DNA from: Escherichia phage vB_EcoM_EC001
Sequence record: MN445185.1
DNA: 64,000 nucleotides
Strand: one strand, 5' to 3'
The position numbers were made by a program, and so were the translations under genes. Below the pieces are notes generated by a model. It had not been told where the DNA came from. It saw only the letters and a list, made by a program, of their open reading frames with translations, and did not search any database. Shown piece by piece: positions 28,611 through 37,870 of the stretch (position 1 is its first letter; the number at the start of each line of letters is the position of its first letter).

Positions 28611-29978
28611 ATGAAATTGATTGAATTCTACCGTTCGTTTCTGACCTCGCTCGGATACGGATTCGAAGGTGACATGCTGACTATCGATGATGGTCATCCG
28701 GCAATGTTCACCTACAACAAAGTGAAGCGCCGCTTGGTGCTTCCAACTGCAGCGATGATTAAGCGTGGGTTGGAAGATGACGAAGGTAGTGAATGTCATG
28801 CGTTCCACCCACTGTGTGAATCGGTACTGGCTGGCGAATCTGGAACGATTCGTTTCCTGAAGAAAGCCATCAGCGCGAACCTCTTCCTGAAAAGCTTCGA
28901 GTTAATCGATGCGATTTTGGAAACAGCAGCCGAAGGAAAAAATATCCGTCTGGCATCGTACAAGAAGTTTTTAAGCGATGTGGTTTGTGCTGACCTGAAA
29001 GATCCAACGATGGATAAGAAACTGGTTCAGAGCTGGCACGCAGTGAAGAACTACGTTTACGGGTTGCTGGAAGAAGATAAAAAGACAAAGATCACCAGTA
29101 TCTTCATCTCCAGCGATATGACCATTGAAGGTATCAAATATATCCGTGTGGCGAACTACAAACACATGTTTGAAGAAGAGTCACTGGATGGTACGGCAAC
29201 ATTCTTCGGTGCCAAGCTCCAGCGTAAGCAGGATAAGGTTATTATCTTTAACCTGCTAACTGCAGTGTTTGGTTGGTATCCTTCGGTTACGGGTTCTAAC
29301 GATCCGCGTCCGTACTTCGGTTCTTTGGCACGCGGTTGGGCACAATACGTGACCAACTACAATCAAGTGGTTCGTGGTCTGCGTGACCACACTCCACTGC
29401 GTCCGTTAGAAGAAGAATGGATTGGCCAACTGGATAACATGAGCGTTTATGATAACGTTATCCAAACTCTGCCGTATAATACCGGCCCACGTAACGATCA
29501 GGCAACAGACACCACCGCAACGGATTTCCGTATCGGGCGTACACCTGCCGGCACAAAGCCGGTCGTTGCTTTAGCTTCTCAACAAGCTCCGCAGGAAAAT
29601 CTTGATCTCAACGATCCGGTAAACTATTTCCGTGCGAAGAAAGCGCAACAGGCGTCTTCAGCTAATAGCTTCAATGCGTTAGCACCGAAGATTCAGGAAG
29701 CGCTGCGTGAGAACAACGGCCATTTACCGAAAGGGACAATTAAAGAACTGTCTCTCGGTGAAGCGCTGCGTGGTAATGCGGTGACGAAAGAAAGTGGTCT
29801 GGGTTCTGGTTTGCTGGGAAGTAGTAATAATCTCTTGGGGGGTAGCACGCAGTTGGGCGGCGGTAGCACCAACCTCTTAGGAGGGAGTAGTGACGTGTTA
29901 GGTGGTCTGGGTGGTTTAGGTGGCGGAAGTAGCAGCAGTTTAGGCAACCTACCATTCTCATCAGCTAATTTACGTTAA
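28611..29978 (+). CDS. hypothetical protein with glycine/serine-rich repetitive C-terminal tail
   Basis: 455-aa ORF; tail SGLGSGLLGSSNNLLGGSTQLGGGSTNLLGGSSDVLGGLGGLGGGSSSS. Confidence 0.65.
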   Translation: MKLIEFYRSFLTSLGYGFEGDMLTIDDGHPAMFTYNKVKRRLVLPTAAMIKRGLEDDEGSECHAFHPLCESVLAGESGTIRFLKKAISANLFLKSFELIDAILETAAEGKNIRLASYKKFLSDVVCADLKDPTMDKKLVQSWHAVKNYVYGLLEEDKKTKITSIFISSDMTIEGIKYIRVANYKHMFEEESLDGTATFFGAKLQRKQDKVIIFNLLTAVFGWYPSVTGSNDPRPYFGSLARGWAQYVTNYNQVVRGLRDHTPLRPLEEEWIGQLDNMSVYDNVIQTLPYNTGPRNDQATDTTATDFRIGRTPAGTKPVVALASQQAPQENLDLNDPVNYFRAKKAQQASSANSFNALAPKIQEALRENNGHLPKGTIKELSLGEALRGNAVTKESGLGSGLLGSSNNLLGGSTQLGGGSTNLLGGSSDVLGGLGGLGGGSSSSLGNLPFSSANLR

Positions 29979-29989
29979 GCGTTAGAAAG

Positions 29990-30016
29990 AAGGGACTGGG
30001 CGTCCCTTCTTTTTTT
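29990..30016. terminator. intrinsic terminator (aagggactgggcgtccctt plus T-run)
   Basis: Between convergent genes 28611..29978 (+) and 30016..30339 (-). Confidence 0.5.
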
Positions 30017-30339
30017 CAAGATTCTACGATAGTCGATAAGATGTTACTTACCACACCGACACTAGGAACCAATAAGGTCCTTATCTCTGGCGTGAAATCA
30101 AACGGAGTAGAAATTCCGTTCATTAACATCATCGGATAAATAATACTATTATCGTACTGTTTGAGACGACAGTACGCGTAGAAACTGTGTACCTCTGGGT
30201 AGGCATATTTTGGGTCAACAACTTCTTCTGTAGTATCTGGGTGTTTGCGAAGGAAGTCTGTATAGTCATGCAACACCTTATACTTGGTCGAATCAGGCGA
30301 AGGTATTATTTCGGATAAGGTAGCAAATTTATCTAGCAT
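30016..30339 (-). CDS. hypothetical protein
   Basis: 107-aa ORF; TAAGGAG 5 nt upstream of ATG on minus strand. Confidence 0.6.
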   Translation of the reverse strand: MLDKFATLSEIIPSPDSTKYKVLHDYTDFLRKHPDTTEEVVDPKYAYPEVHSFYAYCRLKQYDNSIIYPMMLMNGISTPFDFTPEIRTLLVPSVGVVSNILSTIVES

Positions 30340-30360
30340 CGTCTCTCCTTAAAATAAAAC

Positions 30361-30383
30361 AGATAGATATTATCTTACCGAGG
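30361..30383. promoter_or_regulatory. promoter-like palindromic motif copy 6 (AGATAGATATTATCTTACCGAGG)
   Basis: Single copy between divergent genes 30016..30339 (-) and 30406..32643 (+). Confidence 0.45.
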
Positions 30384-30405
30384 TAACCAAAAGGAGCATT
30401 TACGA

Positions 30406-32643
30406 ATGAAAACACCAGTCGAACTCATGTCAAGCGTTGCTGACCGTGAGGTGAATATCACTGGCGTATCTGGGGCACGTGCCTCAATGGTGGGTGGACA
30501 TATGAAGTCGGCGGTACCACTGGACAATCCAGATCCGACTATCCATTTTACCGGCGCTGATGTGAACTACCACGATTATTGTTTTAACGATATCGTGGAA
30601 GACAGTGGTACCGTGTGCAGTTACACAACCAAAGAAGGTGTTACTCGTGCAGCTGTTTTTGCACGCTATGGTCGTGAAGGGGATCACGATCCGCTCCAAC
30701 ATGTTATCTTCTTCACGCGCGCAGATTTAACCAACCAGCGCAAAGTGATGATTGATGTAATCGATATCAAGTATTACACCAACCACGATAACATTTTCTC
30801 GTCTAAGAAAGAGGCTACTGGGAAACTTCAGGCGTTGCTGCGCGGACAGACGCAGCACCTGGAAAAAGATGAAATGCTTACCGTACTGCCGGCACAGAAA
30901 GACGGTGAGTTTGTCGATGGGGTCAACCTGCACACTGTGACAATGTCGCACCCGGACATTATCGAGGACTCGTACACCATCTCCGAAACTGCAGCGAAGG
31001 CGATGCACGCTTATGGTTTGCGTGCAATCGACTTTACCTTGCGCGACGACGAGTACCTGCTTGATACGTATGGGACAACGGGTATTGATGGCGTTCGTCG
31101 GCCACAGTACCTGCCCAATAAAGGACAGGCAATTCGCGATGATGGGTTGGTTATAGCCGCGCGTCGTTTCGATAAGCTGTGGGCGGCTATTGACTCGCAC
31201 GTGGGCGAAACACAACATATCTCTCCACACTTCGACCGTTGTGAGTATGTTGATGCTGACCCTGAGCATTACAAAGCGCGTCAGGCCGGCGACTTTGAAA
31301 AGATGGAACGTACCGGTTCTCGTGTCGTTGATATTCAGGTATGGCGGGACGAAACCAAATGCGATCGTGGTGTTAACAATATCGCATGTACCGAAGAGAA
31401 CAAACGCGAGTTAGATCACTACGCGAACGCTTTGAAACGTTTTTACAATGATATCGTGCGGTTCTATTTTGCGATGTCCAAAGACAAGAACATTGTCTGG
31501 TCACCGAAAGCGTTTGAGATCCTTGACAAGGCGTTCTGTTCTGAGACGTATGAAGTCTATAACGACTTCCGTGAAGAGATTGGTCGTGAATACGATGAAG
31601 CCATGCGTAAAGGTGAGTATAACCGTTCTGCTGATAAGAACGTGTTGAACAAACTGGCGCAGCCGGTTCAGCGTGGTCTCTGGGACCCAATTGGTAGCTA
31701 CACGATACGCATCGTGGTACGTTATCCAATCCCAGTTACCGTCTCATCGAAAATCACCGACCGTTCAGGTACAAAAGGTATCGTGGGTGCAGTGCGGCCT
31801 GATGAAGAAATGCCGATTAACGAGTTCGGAGAACGTGTGCATGTCATTCGTTCCATGAACGCCGTAATTCGTCGTTCGACTTATGCTGCGCTGTTCCACA
31901 TGTATTGGTCTGCTGCATCCGAGCAGTTGAAGATGCGGTTGAAACCATTACTTGCCGCCAACCAGGTTGACGAAGCCTGGGAAATCCTGATGGACTATAT
32001 CGATCGCTATAACCCACGCTGGACATTCTATCTCAATGCCAGTCACCCGGATACTGGGTCACGTCTGGAACTCTTTAAAGAGATTTACGACTTCACGATT
32101 CGTATCTGGCTTCCCCACGAATTGAATGCTACCCAGGTAGAAATCTGCCGTGCTCTAGGCGAGTATGCACCACGCAAGTCTAAGCTACTGATTACTAACT
32201 ATCAGGGTGAGAAAGAGTGGACGAAGAACCAGTTCTACGTCGGCATGGTAGAGACTCTGCGCCTGGATAAAACCGGTCGTGAGTTCTCCAGTATCTCGTC
32301 GATGTACACGAACTATTTGGGTTGTATTGATGCATCCAACCAAGGACGTGGTTCATATCCGATTAACCTGAAAGGGTTGAAGTGGGGTGGTCCTTCCGAG
32401 CAGCGTCTTACCGACGGCTTTGGTCCGGGCAACTTCCCCGAAACTCATGACCGCGCTAATAACCCTGCGGTACACCGTGCGATCGTAACGGGGTTGTATA
32501 ACTCGCCAACACCAACCAATCCGGGGGTGCTGGTCGATCGTAAGAAACTGCCAATGGGAGATTCGCAGATTGACAGGATGATACGTAACATCCATCGCTG
32601 TGAAGGTTTTGAATTAGTGCGTCCAATTCGGGAGGATAAATAA
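30406..32643 (+). CDS. multisubunit RNA polymerase beta-like subunit, C-terminal half
   Basis: GARASMVGGHMKSAVPL resembles GANMQRQAVPTL; IIEDSYTISE resembles NFEDSILVSE; DRSGTKGIVGAVRPDEEMPINEFGERVHVIRSMNAVIRRSTYAALFHMY resembles GRHGNKGVIS..PVEDMPY..G.PVDIVLNPLGVPSRMN.GQI.E.HLG. Confidence 0.65.
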   Translation: MKTPVELMSSVADREVNITGVSGARASMVGGHMKSAVPLDNPDPTIHFTGADVNYHDYCFNDIVEDSGTVCSYTTKEGVTRAAVFARYGREGDHDPLQHVIFFTRADLTNQRKVMIDVIDIKYYTNHDNIFSSKKEATGKLQALLRGQTQHLEKDEMLTVLPAQKDGEFVDGVNLHTVTMSHPDIIEDSYTISETAAKAMHAYGLRAIDFTLRDDEYLLDTYGTTGIDGVRRPQYLPNKGQAIRDDGLVIAARRFDKLWAAIDSHVGETQHISPHFDRCEYVDADPEHYKARQAGDFEKMERTGSRVVDIQVWRDETKCDRGVNNIACTEENKRELDHYANALKRFYNDIVRFYFAMSKDKNIVWSPKAFEILDKAFCSETYEVYNDFREEIGREYDEAMRKGEYNRSADKNVLNKLAQPVQRGLWDPIGSYTIRIVVRYPIPVTVSSKITDRSGTKGIVGAVRPDEEMPINEFGERVHVIRSMNAVIRRSTYAALFHMYWSAASEQLKMRLKPLLAANQVDEAWEILMDYIDRYNPRWTFYLNASHPDTGSRLELFKEIYDFTIRIWLPHELNATQVEICRALGEYAPRKSKLLITNYQGEKEWTKNQFYVGMVETLRLDKTGREFSSISSMYTNYLGCIDASNQGRGSYPINLKGLKWGGPSEQRLTDGFGPGNFPETHDRANNPAVHRAIVTGLYNSPTPTNPGVLVDRKKLPMGDSQIDRMIRNIHRCEGFELVRPIREDK

Positions 32644-34748
32644 TGGCGGGTCGTTCTGTACACGTGCGTGATTTGCGTATGCTTAACTCTGATCAGGTGT
32701 GGAAACTACGCGGGCGTTATTACGTGACATTCGACGATGGTAAGTCGTTGGAAATGTCTAGTCGCCACATCAAACTCAGCTGGCCGTATTGGGGTGTGTC
32801 GCGTCTGTATCCGCAGGTGCCCACTCCATCGACCATGGCGTATCGTCCAGGTCAGGTAGCAACAGATGACCTGCATCTGGACTTTATGTCGGAAGCAGCG
32901 GTACTGGCCCGTAAAGCAGGTGTCGACCTTGCTGAAACGCGTTATATCCTGAGTCAACATGTCTACGCCGATGCGTTCAACATGACAGTGAAGAACCTGC
33001 TGTCCTATTGCACGACAATCGACTTTGATACGATGATGGAGATCTACGACCATCCGAACTTCGAACTCATCCGTCAGTGGGAAGTGCAATATCCTACTGG
33101 CTACGATGAAGATGGTCGGGATATGGTTGAAGAAGCGTACAAGCTTATCGAGAAAATCTTCAAAGACCCTGCGCTACGGTATAACCCGGTCGTGATGTCG
33201 GTACTGGATGGTACTGTGAAGATGAACCAGGTACTGCAAGCCTTCGTGCGTGGTAAAACGTCAGAAATTGACTCACGTGTATACACCAATCAGGTGTGGG
33301 AAGGCTTCTTTACCGGAATGCATTCGGTTATTTCGCGTTTGAAAGAATCTGGTGCAACTTCACGTTCCCACTTGTACAACACTGACAAGATTGCCGAAGC
33401 AGAATACGCCTCACGTAAACTGCAGCTGGCAGCAAACGTACTGATGTATTTCACGTACGACGACTGCGGTACAACTCACGCACACCGCTACACGTTTAAG
33501 GATACGCAGCTGGATGAGCGTGCCTATAAAGCGATGGTGGGGATGCGTTATCGTTTAGAAGGTGATAATGGTCCGTGGTTGAGATTTGAGAAAGGTGGAT
33601 ACGCAGACCTGGTTGGCAAACCGCTGGTCTTCCGTAGTGCCATGACCTGTAAAGAGATGGCGAATCAGTCCATCTGTGCGACCTGTATGGGGGATTTGAT
33701 TTATAACCTCTCTGAAGGTACGTCACCAGGTCATCTGGCATCCACGTCCATCTCGGAAAAGGGTACACAGGGAATTCTCTCTACCAAGCACCTTGACTTC
33801 TTGCGTTATCTGCTCAACCTGGTACTCACCCCACGTATGCGTGAGTATATGACCGAATACAAACATAACTCTCTGAAAGGGTTGTGCTTGCTGCCAAAAC
33901 CACAGCGTGGGAATTGGTCAGAATACGAGTTGGTTGTTACCGACAAAGTTTATTCGGAGCTGAGCCAGATTGCGTATCATGAAGATCTCGATGCAATTGA
34001 TGAAACGGCATTACCAGAAATCACCGACTTAACTTTCCAACGTCGTTTAGAAGATGGGCAGATAATCGCTGCGGATTCTATCGATGTGCGAATGGGTGTT
34101 TGTGGGAACTTCTCTAAACCGTTCCTGCACTACTTCTTGAAACAACGAGCGAACATTCGTATCGAGAAGAAGACGGTTCAGATTCCTTTGAAAGGATGGA
34201 ACCCGAAACACCCGGTCCTGGTCTACACCAACCGTTCTGAATCGATGGCGGAGTTCGTAGCCGGCTTAGAAACCAAGCTCCGTTCGATTGCTGCCGATAA
34301 GAACGAAGACATTGTGGAAATCATCAACACAGCCTCGACTGTGAAGCTGAACAAGAAACAAGGTCGTGTGAAACCGGTGACGTTGGTTGAAATGGGTGGT
34401 GCTACAGAGAAACAGTGTACTTATGCGTTGATGGACACGTTTAAGTATATCCAGCGTAAGCTGAGTGGTATACCGATGACGCACATTGCGATTATGTTGG
34501 CGATATCTCGTGTAGAGTCGCCAACCAATCCGTTCCCGGCAGTAGGATTTGACAGTGAGGATTCTACTAATGCCACCGGGAAACGGTTTGTCGATCACAA
34601 CACGCTCATTAGTTTGCGCTCGGCAATTCCGATGTTGTTGTTTGAAGGACAGCAGGGGAATATCGATCGCGTTGGTTTTTATACCGAGTACAAAATCCCG
34701 GCATCGTTGTACGATGACCTAGGAGCCGCTGTGGTAATTGAGTTGTAA
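32643..34748 (+). CDS. multisubunit RNA polymerase beta-prime-like subunit, C-terminal fragment (bridge helix and trigger-loop region)
   Basis: ATG overlaps the beta stop by 1 nt. ISRLKESGATSRSHL resembles the bridge helix ALKTANSGYLTRRL; ASTSISEKGTQGILSTKHLDF resembles SIGEPGTQLTMRTFH. Confidence 0.55.
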   Translation: MAGRSVHVRDLRMLNSDQVWKLRGRYYVTFDDGKSLEMSSRHIKLSWPYWGVSRLYPQVPTPSTMAYRPGQVATDDLHLDFMSEAAVLARKAGVDLAETRYILSQHVYADAFNMTVKNLLSYCTTIDFDTMMEIYDHPNFELIRQWEVQYPTGYDEDGRDMVEEAYKLIEKIFKDPALRYNPVVMSVLDGTVKMNQVLQAFVRGKTSEIDSRVYTNQVWEGFFTGMHSVISRLKESGATSRSHLYNTDKIAEAEYASRKLQLAANVLMYFTYDDCGTTHAHRYTFKDTQLDERAYKAMVGMRYRLEGDNGPWLRFEKGGYADLVGKPLVFRSAMTCKEMANQSICATCMGDLIYNLSEGTSPGHLASTSISEKGTQGILSTKHLDFLRYLLNLVLTPRMREYMTEYKHNSLKGLCLLPKPQRGNWSEYELVVTDKVYSELSQIAYHEDLDAIDETALPEITDLTFQRRLEDGQIIAADSIDVRMGVCGNFSKPFLHYFLKQRANIRIEKKTVQIPLKGWNPKHPVLVYTNRSESMAEFVAGLETKLRSIAADKNEDIVEIINTASTVKLNKKQGRVKPVTLVEMGGATEKQCTYALMDTFKYIQRKLSGIPMTHIAIMLAISRVESPTNPFPAVGFDSEDSTNATGKRFVDHNTLISLRSAIPMLLFEGQQGNIDRVGFYTEYKIPASLYDDLGAAVVIEL

Positions 34749-34751
34749 ACC

Positions 34752-34777
34752 GAGGGGCCTTGCGCCCCTCTTTTTTT
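34752..34777 (+). terminator. intrinsic terminator (gaggggccttgcgcccctc plus T-run)
   Basis: Hairpin plus T-run after the RNAP genes. Confidence 0.55.
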
Positions 34778-34794
34778 GTGCGAAGAGGGGCAGC

Positions 34795-37539
34795 ATGGTA
34801 GAAATTCAAATGACTTACACGAGTATGGGGGTACGGGTTGAAGTCCCTATCCGCCAGGCTGAAAGGGCCATACTCGCGTGGGCCGAAGAGAATATGCACG
34901 CCCCAAAGATGGGCAAGCAACATGGACGAATAACTACGGAACGCGGTGACGCGTACTACGCCCACATTCCGTCTTTAAGGACGTTCATTTTCCATAAAGT
35001 GTTCGCTGAGAAGATTAAACATATCCTCCAACGAGCAGCAATTGAATATGCTTTTCAGTACAAGCTTACAGAGCACCATCCTGAGCGAGGAACACCTTAC
35101 TGCTGTACATTTGATAACTACGGCTTCTCGATGGTAGAAAGCGATCCGGAGTCGCGTTTCTACTATCAGAACGAGGTTGTGGATGCAGCGTCCGATCCAA
35201 ACCGACCACAGACAATCTTTGCCATTCAGACAGGGAGAGGAAAATGCTGTGCTCATGGTACGCGTGTGCGTGTACCGGGTGGTTGGAAGAACATTGAGGA
35301 TATACAGCTAGGTGATTACGTTACGGGGCGTGACGGAAAACCAGCAATGGTCTCTGGAGTGTTCCCACAGGGTGTGGTTGACCTGTATCAGGTGACGTTT
35401 TGGGATGGTAGGAGTGTTGACGTATGTGGCGAGCACTTGTGGCAAAGCTACTACGTTAATACCACCGAGAATCGTCGCTGGGGTGTACGTGATACCCTAG
35501 AGATGAAACGTTTAATTTCGATGCCTAATCCACGGGTATACATCCCATTACCAGAACCAGAGGAAATGCCAGCTAAGGATTTTGTCATTCATCCGTATTT
35601 ACTCGGTATCCTCTTGGGTGATGGCTCCCTATCGATGCCTGGTGTTTTATACACCAAAGGCGATGTGGAGATTCGTGACCGTGTTGCTGAGGTCATGCCC
35701 GCTGGACATGCAATCCATGATTCATCGTACAGCGATGGGATAACGAAGTGCATCTCTTGTCCCGGCGGTGTTAACCTTGTCCGCAGAGAGCTTGAGCGGT
35801 TAGGGTTAATTGGCTGCAGGTCTTGGGAAAAGTTCATACCTGGAGATTACTTCGAAACGTCCATCGAACAACGGTGGGAGTTGTTGCGTGGCTTGATGGA
35901 TACTGACGGTACTGTGGATAAGGATGGTGGTACGCCTTCTTTCTGTTCCACCAGTAAAGAATTGGCTTTAGGTGTTCAGGAACTTGTGCGGTCTTTAGGA
36001 GGGATTGCAACACTACGCGAGAAACGTCCGTTCTTCACACACAACGGCGAACGTCGTGAAGGTCGTTTGGCTTATAACGTCTCCATCCGCCACAAAACAC
36101 CATCGAAACTGTTCCACCTTCCAAGGAAGAAAGAACTGTGTCGTGATAACGGACAATACACCGATATACTGAAACTCCGTGTTAAGTCTATCGAACCCAT
36201 TGGTCGTGATCTTGCCACGTGTATTCGTGTCGAGAACGACGATGCGTTGTTTGTGGTGGACAAGTGGATCGTTACGCACAACACCAAGACCTGTATGAAG
36301 TCGATGGTTAAACGGGGAACCCGTACCGCATTGATTCACCGTCCGTCGTACGTTCCCAAATGGCTGTTTGACGTCTGTGATGATGAAACAGGACTTCGTA
36401 TACTTCGTGACGAGGTGTTAGTTTGTACAGGCGTACAGGCGATTTACGACGCGCTGGAGATGGGTAAGTCGGGAGAGCTAGATAGTCGTGGTATTAAGGT
36501 AATAATCCTCCCCACGGTCTCTCTACAGCGTTTCCTGAAGGAGTACATTAACACTGCTGCGACTAACCCTGTGGACCTGGATACGTTTTATGATGTTCTG
36601 GGTGTGGGTCTGGTGGCGATGGATGAGGTGCACGAGCATTTTCACCTCGTTTACATGGCTGGTATAATGTTGAACCCTCCGGCATCGATAGAGATGTCTG
36701 CAACCCTTAAGCCGGGTAGCAGTAAAGCCTTTATCGCGGAGCGGTATTTAGAACGTTTCCCAATGGAGTACCGAATCAGTATTCCAATCATTCCGGTGGT
36801 TGACGTGAAGGCGTTGTACTATCGACTGGATGATAAGAAGTTTGCGTGGTGGGCGTCGAAGATGACGCCGTATAACCACAAGCTCTTCGAAGGGAAGCTG
36901 ATTAAAGAGAACTTGCATTTAGAATACGCGAACATGATCTGGGATGTGGTTGAGAAATCGTTCCTTAAACGGTATCAACCTGGCCAAAAATGTTTGATAC
37001 TCTTTGCTACGGTAGCGATGTGTGAGTTCTTTACCGAGTATGTGAAAGATAAGTTATCGCGTGACCCTGTATTCCATCCGTTGATGGTGGCGAAATATAA
37101 TGCAGGCGATTCGTATGACGACTTTATCCAAGCAGACTTCTCTATCTCCACACCGGGGAAAGCGGGGACTGCGGTCGATAAACCTGGGTTGGTACACATG
37201 TACATTTCAACCCCGGTAGAAGACCAGCAACTGAACGAACAGATGGCCGGTCGTCCACGTAAGATTCTCCACAACGAATGGGGTGAAATAGACCCAACGG
37301 TGTGGTTATTCCATGCGTATAACGTACCGAAGCATTGCAATTACCTGAATGCCCGCCAGAAATCACTCAAGGATGTCGTATTGTCGTTCCGTATCGCGAC
37401 ATCCCCCTACGTTGTAAGGAAATCACATGCTCACTCCGCCGCGTCCAGCAGAGCCGCTGCCACCCTACATCGGAATGACTTTAGCAAGTTTTCTCGAAAA
37501 CGTTCTAAAGGCGTATCCCGGCGTAGAAGACGTCGCTAA
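34795..37539 (+). CDS. SF2 (DExH-box) helicase interrupted by an intein in the Walker A motif; 3-prime end uncertain
   Basis: Start at ATG with GAGGGG RBS (track ORF 34738). Extein motifs: P-loop GRGK-[intein]-TKT, DEVHEH, SAT, QMAGRPRK. Basic C-terminal tail overlaps the next ORF. Confidence 0.65.
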   Translation: MVEIQMTYTSMGVRVEVPIRQAERAILAWAEENMHAPKMGKQHGRITTERGDAYYAHIPSLRTFIFHKVFAEKIKHILQRAAIEYAFQYKLTEHHPERGTPYCCTFDNYGFSMVESDPESRFYYQNEVVDAASDPNRPQTIFAIQTGRGKCCAHGTRVRVPGGWKNIEDIQLGDYVTGRDGKPAMVSGVFPQGVVDLYQVTFWDGRSVDVCGEHLWQSYYVNTTENRRWGVRDTLEMKRLISMPNPRVYIPLPEPEEMPAKDFVIHPYLLGILLGDGSLSMPGVLYTKGDVEIRDRVAEVMPAGHAIHDSSYSDGITKCISCPGGVNLVRRELERLGLIGCRSWEKFIPGDYFETSIEQRWELLRGLMDTDGTVDKDGGTPSFCSTSKELALGVQELVRSLGGIATLREKRPFFTHNGERREGRLAYNVSIRHKTPSKLFHLPRKKELCRDNGQYTDILKLRVKSIEPIGRDLATCIRVENDDALFVVDKWIVTHNTKTCMKSMVKRGTRTALIHRPSYVPKWLFDVCDDETGLRILRDEVLVCTGVQAIYDALEMGKSGELDSRGIKVIILPTVSLQRFLKEYINTAATNPVDLDTFYDVLGVGLVAMDEVHEHFHLVYMAGIMLNPPASIEMSATLKPGSSKAFIAERYLERFPMEYRISIPIIPVVDVKALYYRLDDKKFAWWASKMTPYNHKLFEGKLIKENLHLEYANMIWDVVEKSFLKRYQPGQKCLILFATVAMCEFFTEYVKDKLSRDPVFHPLMVAKYNAGDSYDDFIQADFSISTPGKAGTAVDKPGLVHMYISTPVEDQQLNEQMAGRPRKILHNEWGEIDPTVWLFHAYNVPKHCNYLNARQKSLKDVVLSFRIATSPYVVRKSHAHSAASSRAAATLHRNDFSKFSRKRSKGVSRRRRRR
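35245..36282 (+). mobile_element. intein (346 aa) with double-motif LAGLIDADG homing endonuclease
   Basis: Begins CCAHGTRVRVPGG...IEDIQLGDYV directly after P-loop GK; contains LLGILLGDGSL and LRGLMDTDGTV; ends VVDKWIVTHN followed by Thr. Predicted spliced P-loop is GRGKTKT. Confidence 0.7.
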
Positions 37540-37810
37540 GAAACTCTGCACCGACGCCACTATCAACCAAGCGTTTCATTACTACATGGTCACTGAACAT
37601 TACAGTGGCCTGTTCCTTAACCAACGCGGGTTGACGTATTACGTCACCCGCACGTCAAGTATCCGTAACACTTCGTCGTACGAGCTTTATACGTACGTGT
37701 TGTGGAATGAGAACCCGGCCGGTAGTGTCGATCAGAATCCAAAGATGGCTTATCGTCTTTACTCTGAAAAATGGCACGATTGGGTGACTGTTCCACACGA
37801 TGCAAGTTAA
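37475..37810 (+). CDS. hypothetical protein (start uncertain)
   Basis: Internal ATG (MTLASFLEN) of track ORF 37427..37810, which overlaps the helicase 3-prime end. Confidence 0.4.
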   Translation: MTLASFLENVLKAYPGVEDVAKKLCTDATINQAFHYYMVTEHYSGLFLNQRGLTYYVTRTSSIRNTSSYELYTYVLWNENPAGSVDQNPKMAYRLYSEKWHDWVTVPHDAS

Positions 37811-37870
37811 TCACGTTTTGGGTGTATATTGTGTATACACCCAACCCCTAATTTCAAAAGGATTATTACG

